Assembly (NCBI GenBank): GCA_040905565.1
Contig: JBBDRF010000014.1
Span: forward strand, 29,872-56,073
Reading direction: 5' to 3'
From: Phycisphaeraceae bacterium
Lineage (GTDB): Bacteria > Planctomycetota > Phycisphaerae > Phycisphaerales > Zrk34
Length of the DNA: 26,202 nt
The notes beneath the pieces were generated by a model. That model searched no databases and was not told the DNA's origin. It was given only the letters and a program-made list of their open reading frames with translations. Below, piece by piece: positions 10,001 to 19,000 of this stretch (position 1 is its first letter; each line of letters begins with the position of its first letter). The position numbers were made by a program, and so were the translations under genes.

Positions 10001-13000
10001 TTCGCCGACGAAGTCCATCGACCCGCTCGCATCCAGCTCGCCGTTGGGCAGGCGGTTGACGGCATAAAGTTCGTGAGTATCGGTGCCGTCGTTGAAGTGC
10101 AGCACGTAGATCTGGCCATCGGGGCCGACGGTAAGGGCGCGGACGTCGAAGAGGTCCGTCGGTCCGTCGAACAGACCGCCCACAGCGAGGCTCGGCACGG
10201 GCGGTGCGTTGAGGCCGGTGGCGTCGTCGGCGGTGACGCGTGCGTTGAGCAGGTCGCCTGCCACGAGCATGTCACCAACGATCTTGCCGGTCACGTTCAG
10301 CATCCGCATGTCGCCCAGCACGGTCACATCCATCGCCAGCACGCTGCCGGTGCTGTTGCGATCACGTCCGACTTCGAGCCGGCCGAGGTCGCCGTCGATC
10401 ACCAGTTCGCCCGCGGCGTTGGGGTTGTCCGGGTCGCCGAGGCTGCCAGCGACGCGGATGTTGCCGACGTCCCCGAGAACATTGAACGACCCGGAGAACA
10501 TCGTGCCGCCGAGGTTGAACATCCGCAGCGCGTCGCGGTTGGTTGCTTCGGGGGGGGTGATGGTGATGGAACCGGACAGGTCGCCGCCGATGTCGATGCG
10601 GTTGACCAGTCCGTGGACGATCAGGTCGCCGTCCATATCGCCTGCGATACGGAACATGGTCAGCCCGGCATCGGGGCCGCTGAGGTTGAGGACCGAGTTT
10701 TCGCCGAAATCGCCGTCGACCTGGAACCGCCGCATTTCGCCGGCGAGGTTGATGGTCGTCGCCAGCACGTCGCCGCCTGGCTGGAAGCGATCGATTCGAC
10801 CTGCGGTGAGGACGAGATTGCGGATATCTTCAATGGTGGAGATGGTCCCGATCGCGCCGCCGACTTCAACGATGTTCGGCGAAAGGGGATCCGTCGCATC
10901 GATGCGGAAGCCGCTGAGGCTGTCGAGCGTCCGGTTCGCCGCGATATTCAAGTCCCGCAGCATGCCGGCGTTGGTGACATCGTCCACGGCAGATTCGTCG
11001 AGCGTGGTGTCGAAGAACGCGTGGAGGTCGTTGCCGCCGGTGATGGACTTGCCGCTGTACGGGTCGAATATTGCGCCTTCGTCGCTGAGGCGGACGGTGC
11101 GGTTGAAGTCCAGAATATCCAGCACATCGCCGTTGCCGGTCGCCTTGATGTCGCCGATCGAGGAGCGGGTGATGATGTTCGAATCCTGCAGGCCCAGTCC
11201 GCCAGCGGTGATGCTGTCGATGCGACCGCCTATGGTGCGGAAGTCACTACTGAGGATGCCGAAGCCGAGCGATTCGATGCTGCGGATTTGCAGCGCGACG
11301 AATTCGGAGCCGATGATGCCGCCGTTGCCGGTGATGCGGATTCGATCGATCGTGTAGACAGGTGTTTCAAAGGTGGATTCGCCGCTGTCCGGAATCAACC
11401 CGCCGCGGGAGAGCGGTCGCACCGACTCTGTATCGGAAGCGGTCCCGACGAACGTATCAACGATGGAGCCATCCGTCAGGGAGATCATGCGGATGCCGAA
11501 GCCGGCGTTGATGATGCCGCGGATGTCCGACCCGGCCGGCTGGCCCTGGTTGGTCAGCATATCCAGCTGCCCGCCAACGAACACGCCGGAGAAGCCGACG
11601 TCGCCTGAGCCGCTGGGGAGCACGCCGTGCCCGATATTCACGCGGTCCAAATGGCCCTGCACAAAGATCGGGGCGTTGATGCCGTGGTGTTCCCCAGCGT
11701 AATCGGCATTGGTGGTGTTGGCCGCCACGCGGTACAGATCGCCCGCCACGTGGATGTTGCCCAGTTCCGATCGACTGGTGATCGAGTAGGCGTTGCCGCT
11801 GATGTCGATGCCCGTGGTCTGCCCACGGAACGGGTAGGCATCGGCCTGGCTGAAGGTGCTGTTGCCGGCATGGGTGACCAGCGCGGCACCGTAGGCCGAA
11901 CCCGGCACGCCGAGTGATCCACGCGTCTTCAGTTCCCAGACGCTAGCGGCGGTGATGTTCACCAGTTCGCCGCCGGTGCGGTTATCGATCAGCGAGAAAT
12001 CACCACCTTCGATGCCGAGCACGTTGACGCTGATGCCCTGCCGGCTGCCGTGGATGACGACCGCCAGATCGTTGTTGCCCGATGCCTGATCAAATTCGCG
12101 GTCTGACGCGTCGATCGTCAGTCCGTCATCATCATCATCATCGTCGTCGTCGTCGCCTTCGACCTCGACCACACGACCTTCGCCCTCGACAATCAATTCG
12201 CCGAGGTAGACATTGGCGATGTCGGAGTTACCGTCGGCGTAAACGGTCATGCCGCCGGTCGAGGTCGCATCGATCAAGACCGCACCGCCCGTCGCGCCGA
12301 GGCCTGGTGCCCCGATGAGCGGGTACAGCCGGGTCGTCAACACGTGTTCGTTGATGGGATCGCCGCTGCTGTCGCGGTCTTCATCGCCCAGCAAGCGAGG
12401 TGTCAGCGTGATTTCGGTGCCCGAGCCGTCGGTAAACGTATGGCTTCGACCGGGGTCGTGGGTTTCCACCACTGAGAAGCCCTGCAGCGGACTCGACGCG
12501 GTGCCACCGACACGCATGTAGTGGATGTCCCCACCGTCACCGACGAGGAACGGTACGCCGGTGAGATCACCCGCAATGTCGACCAGCCCAATGTAGTTGC
12601 CACTGTTGCCGTTGGCGTTGATCTGGAAGAGGGTCGACGTGATGGAGTTGTTCATGGCGTCGGCGCGGATGAGGCCGATGCCGCCGTCGATGATGAACTG
12701 ACCAGCAAGGTCGGCCGCGGCGTCGATGATCTGGATGTTGCCGCCGACCTGCGTCCCCGCGAGAACCATGGGCCCGCCGGTGGTTTCGAGCAGGCCGATG
12801 TTGCCGTCAACCACGTCGATCATGAAGGCGAAATCGGTCGTGCCGTCACTGAAGACGCCCGCGCTGATCGAGCGGATATCGCCCTTTTGCACCTGAATAC
12901 TGCCGCCGAGGGAGGCCAACGCCTGGGCCTGAATGGCCCCAAGGTCGCCCTGGTTGATCAGTATCCCCTCAGGCCCGAGCAGCGTGACCTGATTGGCGAC

Positions 13001-16000
13001 CAAGCCGCCGAGCGCCATGTCGCCGACGCCGTCGACGCGAAGCTCGTACAGCGTCTGCGCCTCCCAAATGGCGTTGGGAAGTTCGTCCTCGTCCGGCTGA
13101 CCGTTGAAGTTGACATCGTTCAGGAAAGCGACGGCAAACTGATATTCGCCGGCACGGTCGGCGGTGAACTGGAACGCCTCGTTGTCGCTGTGGCGATCGT
13201 AGTCGGTGTAGACGAGGCGGCCGTCGGGGTCGAAGACGCCCAGGTGCAGCGGCGCTGCCTCAGCCGTATGGGACAGCTGGGCGGTCACGGTCTGACCGGC
13301 CATCAGCGAAACGCTGTAGTAGTCGACGTTGTCGCCGACTTCCCCCATGAGCTGACCGTTGACGAAGCTGATCGGCGCCTCGCCGTTGATGCCTGTGTCA
13401 ACGGATCCGAGCCGCTGCGAGCCGGGTCCGATCGTGTCGTTGCTGAAGGCGGGATGGCCCAGGAGATAGTCTTCGAAAAGATCGCCCACGTTGTCCGGCG
13501 CTGTCGGCACGGGCAGCTGTCCGAGGCCGCTGACACGCTGGTGCAGCAGCAGTGCTTCGATCTCGTGCGGCACCCGCATCGCCATCGTCATGCCCGGGGC
13601 GGTGGAGTCGTTGTCGATCTCAACCTGCCCGAAGAAATCACCGACCGCCCGGATCTCGCCCACCCGGCCGCCGACGTGCAAGCTGAAGCCCGAGAGGTAC
13701 GCGGGGTCGGTGCCGCTGCCGCCGGAAACCGAGCCGATCGTCGAACCGACCAACAGGTTCCGCAGGTCGCCAGCGATGTCGAAGTTCGCAGGGCCCGCGA
13801 ACGGCGCGGGCGTGCCACCCGTCTCGCCGGTGACCAACCAGCCGGCGTACATGGTGTCCAGCGAGCCGGCAGATTCCACGCGGCCGGTCACCGTACCGCC
13901 GATGAACAGCCGGTTAAAGTGCTGCGGTCGGGCCGAGTCCGTGTCGATGCCGACGAGCTTCATCAGGATCGCTGAGTCTTCGGTCATTCCGTTCGGGGAC
14001 CAGAGCCACTGGTGCGAATTGGCGTTGTCGCTGGCGAGCACGCGGTTAAGTGACGGATCGAACGCGATCGCGCCGACGGTGGGCCTGAGGCTGCCGTCGG
14101 AGGTCGACACGTTGCCGCCGACCACGACCTCGCGAGCGCCGATGTTGTAATGAATGTCGACGAGGTTGCCGGTCTGCGCGTCGTGGGCGATCAGCTTGCC
14201 GCCTGTGGCGAAGGTCATCGACTGGATTTCGCGATCGACCGCACCGATCTCGGTCACCTCACCGGTGGCGGGGTTCAGCCGGAAGAGCATCCGCTGCTGG
14301 TTGGCGTTGAGGCCGACGATCATCACGTCGTTGTTCGGCGGCGAAGGATGCACCGCCATGGCCTCGACCTGGCTGATGTCTTCGGGGTCGATGTAAGCCA
14401 GCGTTTCGAAGCGCGCTTCGCCCTGCACCAGGTTGATGACGCCGAACGCGCCGGTCATGCCGTTGCTGCGGTAGAGCTGGTCGCCGTCGGCGTTAATGGC
14501 ATAGCTGATGTTGTCGCCGTCGATCGCGAAGCCGATCAGATCCGGATTATAAGATCCCGGGGCCGTCGCCTGCTTCGAGAGCGAAGGCTCGTCCAGATCG
14601 ATCGCGATCAGACGGCTGCTGTCGGTCTCCACGCCCAGCAGGACGTTGCCGTCTTCACCGAAGGCAACCTGCGTCACCGTGGTGGACAGGCCGTCGACGC
14701 GGATGACGCCGTTGCGGACTGCTTCGCCGGTGATCGGGTCGACGGTGTAAAGCACCGAATCGTCGCCTTCGTGGATGACCAGACGGAGCGCGTCTTCGTT
14801 GCGGTCGTACGCGAGGCCACGGATCGGTTCCGCAAGGGCCATGCCGTTGTGAAGGATGGGCTCACGAACCTGCGCCAGGGCGGGATTGTCGACGTTCACT
14901 TCAGGGTCGATGTTGTAGACCGACGCGCCGCTGATGAACAGATGCGGAATCAGGGCACTTTCGAACTCGTCTTCGCCGAGGTCGTTGAAACTCGGGTCAT
15001 GCTCAACGCTGAGGAAACGCCCGTCCGAATCACGCGTCAGGCCCTGAAGCCCGCCGCTGATGGAGACGAACCCGGGGGCACTACGCAGAAGTGAGTTACC
15101 CGTCGGATCGTCGATGTCGATGCTGATCAGCGTTCGGCCGGCGTCACGACGATCGTCAAAGCCGAGCAGGTCGCCATGTACCGTGAACTGGATCGCAGAA
15201 AGATCGCTCACCGGACGCGGCGGGGCGTCTTCGGCGAAGCTGCCGACTTCAATCCGGCCCAGTTGGGTGATCTCCGCCTCACCGGGGTTCGGCGTTCCCG
15301 GCGAAATCAGAACCAGGTGGTCCTCGCCGTCAACCTCATTGATCGCGTAGATGGCGTCGGTATCCGGGTGAATGGCGATGCCGGTGAACGCCGCTTCGCT
15401 GCCGTCGCCGACGATGAGTTGCCCGTTGAGGTCCAGTTCGCCGTTGACGATGTTGTTCTCAACATCGTTGGCGTTGAAGGTGTAGAGGTAGCTTGCGTTG
15501 ACGCTTTCGAGCAGTCGCGTTTCGCCCGAGCCGGTGGCAGCCGACATCGTGTAAATTGTGCCTTCCAGGTCCGTGCTCAGCCCCGCGGCGAACTCATCGA
15601 CGACCCCGGGATCCGTGACGGTGCCCGAGTCACTCGCGTTATCGGTGTTGAGGGCGACAAGCATGCGGTTGGCTGCGCCACCCGATTCGTCGATGGCGAT
15701 CAGTTCGCCGGTGGCCGCGAACGTCATGTCCACGATGGTGCTGGCGGTCGCGCCGTCGTCGAAGCGCACATCACCAAGGAACGTCGCTTCGATCTGACTG
15801 GCGCCGAACGTGGTGATGTCGAACTCATAAAGTCGGTCGGTATCGACCGTGCCGTCGCCGTCGGTATCCACCCGCATCACGGTGTAAATCGAGTCGTTGT
15901 CCTGCGCGATGGCGACCGTGTCGCCCAGCAGGGCGAGTCCGTCGAGCGTCAAGGCGCCCTGCGCCGAGCCGCCGAGGTACGTCCCGAGCCCGGGGTCGAA

Positions 16001-19000
16001 GGCATACATTTCCGGAGCGGACACCCACAGCTGGCTTTGCTCCTGAGTCTCGAATTCGCCCGGCTCAACCTCGACATCCACGTCAACCGTGTTCACCGCA
16101 TAGAAGCGATCCGTGCTCTGCTCCCACGCAAGGTCGCGCACACCCTGGGCGATGCTGCCCTCAGCCGACCCCGTGAACGCGTTGACGTCCACATCGGCTG
16201 TGAAGTCGGTCGTACGCTCCCGGTCGATCACCAACAGGTTCCGCCCGTTGTCGTCGACTCGCCCCTCAATGGCGACCAGATCACCACGCCCATTGAATGC
16301 CAGCGACGTCACTGCGTCAGTGGAAACCGTCGAGGCACCGGATGCCCCCGTCGCGAAGTCGATCGGTTCCTCACCCAGCCCCGCATCGAAGTTCAGGTCG
16401 ATCCGCATCAGGGCCGAGCTGTCGTCATCCGGGTCCACCTGCACGGTATAGAAGTGGTCCGTGTTGTTCGGATCCTGCGCCAGGCCGTACAACAGGCCGC
16501 TGTCCGTGCCGTAGGCGAGATCGAGGAGCTGCTGAACAACAACTTCTCCGCCGACGATGTCGATCTGATACAGATTCAGCGCGGGGTTAGACGCGGAAGA
16601 ATCTTCCGTGCCGATGACGTACATACGATCGGCGACGCTAACGTCGGCCACCATCCCGCGGATCTGGCGAAGGTTTACCAGCTCGCCCGCGGACCCGAGG
16701 CTCGGATCAAGCAGATCAATGCGGCCCAGGTCGTTTGTCCCCGTGACTTCCCCGGTAATCGGGTCCTGCTCAAGCTGCCCGATGCGGAAGTGGCTGTCGC
16801 CACCCACCCCCCCGGAGAAGAACGCCGTGTACGCCGTCCCGTTCACGTCCACCGCCGTGCCGAACACGTCGACAACCTCGTCCAGCGCACCGCCGATGTT
16901 CGCATTGGGCAGTGGGGCCGTGTTGTTGTCCGCGGCAGAATAGAACGTGCCGTCGCTGCCGGTCATCGAAAGCAGCCGCAGGTCGTTGCCGTAGATGTCA
17001 CCGACGGCCACACTGTCATCGCCGAAGTTCACGAGCGGAACGTCCCCGGGATCGACAATCTGGTTGATGAAGTTGGTGAAGCGGCGTTCGGTCGCGCCGG
17101 TGCCATCGGTGTTGATCTCGCCACCGGCCTCGCGGTGAACGTACCAGAAGTCGCCCGTCTCCCATTCGGTGATCGCGGCGACAATGTCGAACTCTTCGTC
17201 GACGACCGTCACCTCGCTGTCGGGATTCAAGCTGTCGGACGTCTGCCCGATGAAGTAGAAGTTCCCCAGACTGTCTGAATCGAGTCCGCGGATGCCCAGG
17301 ATGAGATTGCCGTTGTCGGTAAGCCGACTCTCGAGCGTGAAATCGGTCACCGCCCCGTCGCTGTCGCGGTCGATCGTGTTAAGGTTGAAGCCGGCGCCGT
17401 CGAAGTTGACTGCGTAAATCTGGTCATCGTCCGTGCGATCGGTCGCGAGGCCGCGGATGTCGATCGCGGGCAAGTCGCCCAGACCAAGGTCGCGGCTGAC
17501 GATGCGGCCGTCCTCGTCCGCGGGGAGGCCGGTGATCCCGAGCTGCGTTCCCGCGGTGCTGAGCGTTGCGACGCTGAAGTTGGTCGCGTCGGGGCGGTAT
17601 TCGAGGACGATCGCGTTGCCGGTCGTGTTGAGGCGGGCGCGGACGGCGAAAAAGGTTTCCGCCTCCACGTTCGTCGCGTCGGCCTGGACAGTTGCGATGT
17701 CGTTGGCCAGCCCGACTTCATTGTGACGCAGCACGATGTCTTGATCTTCGACTTCCGCCGTGACATCGATCGCCGCGCCGTTGACCGCGGTCTCAAAGTT
17801 CGCCAGCGTCTCGGCCAATGCGAGGTCATCGTCGGGATCGTCGCCGATCTGGACTTCAATCGTCGTGCCGTCCCCGCCGCCGCCGGCGAAGTCGCCACGG
17901 TTGTCGCTGGTGAATTCGAAGATGTAGACGTCAGTGCCGTCGTTGATGCGGATGACGTCGCCGTCGTTGGGCTGATCGCTGAAGCTGAGCGTCGCAGTCT
18001 GGAGGTTCTCTGCGTGATTGTTGATCGCGTCGAGGACTTCCTGGAGGGTCACATCATCGTCGGAATCCCCCGCGCTGGCGGCGGTCAGGTCGACGTTGAA
18101 CCAGCTGGTGCTGCTGGTGTTGATGCGAATATCGTTGCCTTCACCGAGCGTCGGCAAGCCCGCACCGCCGTTGATCGTTGCAAGCAGGATCTCATCCGGG
18201 CCGATCAGTCGCCCAGCCGAGCCGTTCGGCACCGGCGCATGATCCGACCAGCCGGCGACGAAGAGCGTGCCGTTCTGATCAATGTCGATATCGTGGATGT
18301 CGGTGATGGCGTTACCGAAGCGATCGACGATCACGCCGAGCAGTGTGGAGCCCTCTTCGTCGAGCGCGCCGTCAAGCTCGCGCTCGACCATGTAGAGTTC
18401 GTAGTCGCCGTTGTCGTTGCGATGAACGCCGTAGACCGTGCGGCCGTTGTCTGCGACGGCAAGTGCTTCGAACATGCCGGTGGTGTCGGTGTCGAAGTCG
18501 CCGAGGTCGAACGTCGGACGGTAGTCGAACTTCTCCAGGAGCGTGAACAGCCTCTCACGGCCATCGCCGTCGAGCTCAGCGTAGTCCAGGCCGACGACGC
18601 CGCTGAGCGGCATGCCCGTGCCGGCGTCGATCAGCACCCACGTGGGATCTTCAGATTCACCGGTGGAGGCGTTCAGCAGCGCCAGTTCGAAGCCGTCGAG
18701 CGCGTCGCCGTCGGCGTCGATGCGATCGCCGTCGATGACGGCAACGTTGCCGTCCGCGGAGATGCCCATCGCGACGATGTTCTGGAGATTCTCGCCCATC
18801 AGCTGGTCGCCCATCGGGGCGTCCACGATGAACTGGAGGAGACTTTCGACGACGCGGATCCCTGCGGAGACGCCTCCGAACGGCCCATCGTCGAGGAACT
18901 CCGGCCGCGTGCCGATCGTCTCGCCGTCGATGGCGCTGGCCATATCGGCTTCGATGATCGGCTGCAGGCCGACGAAGTTCGGGGTGACCTCTTCAGGCAG

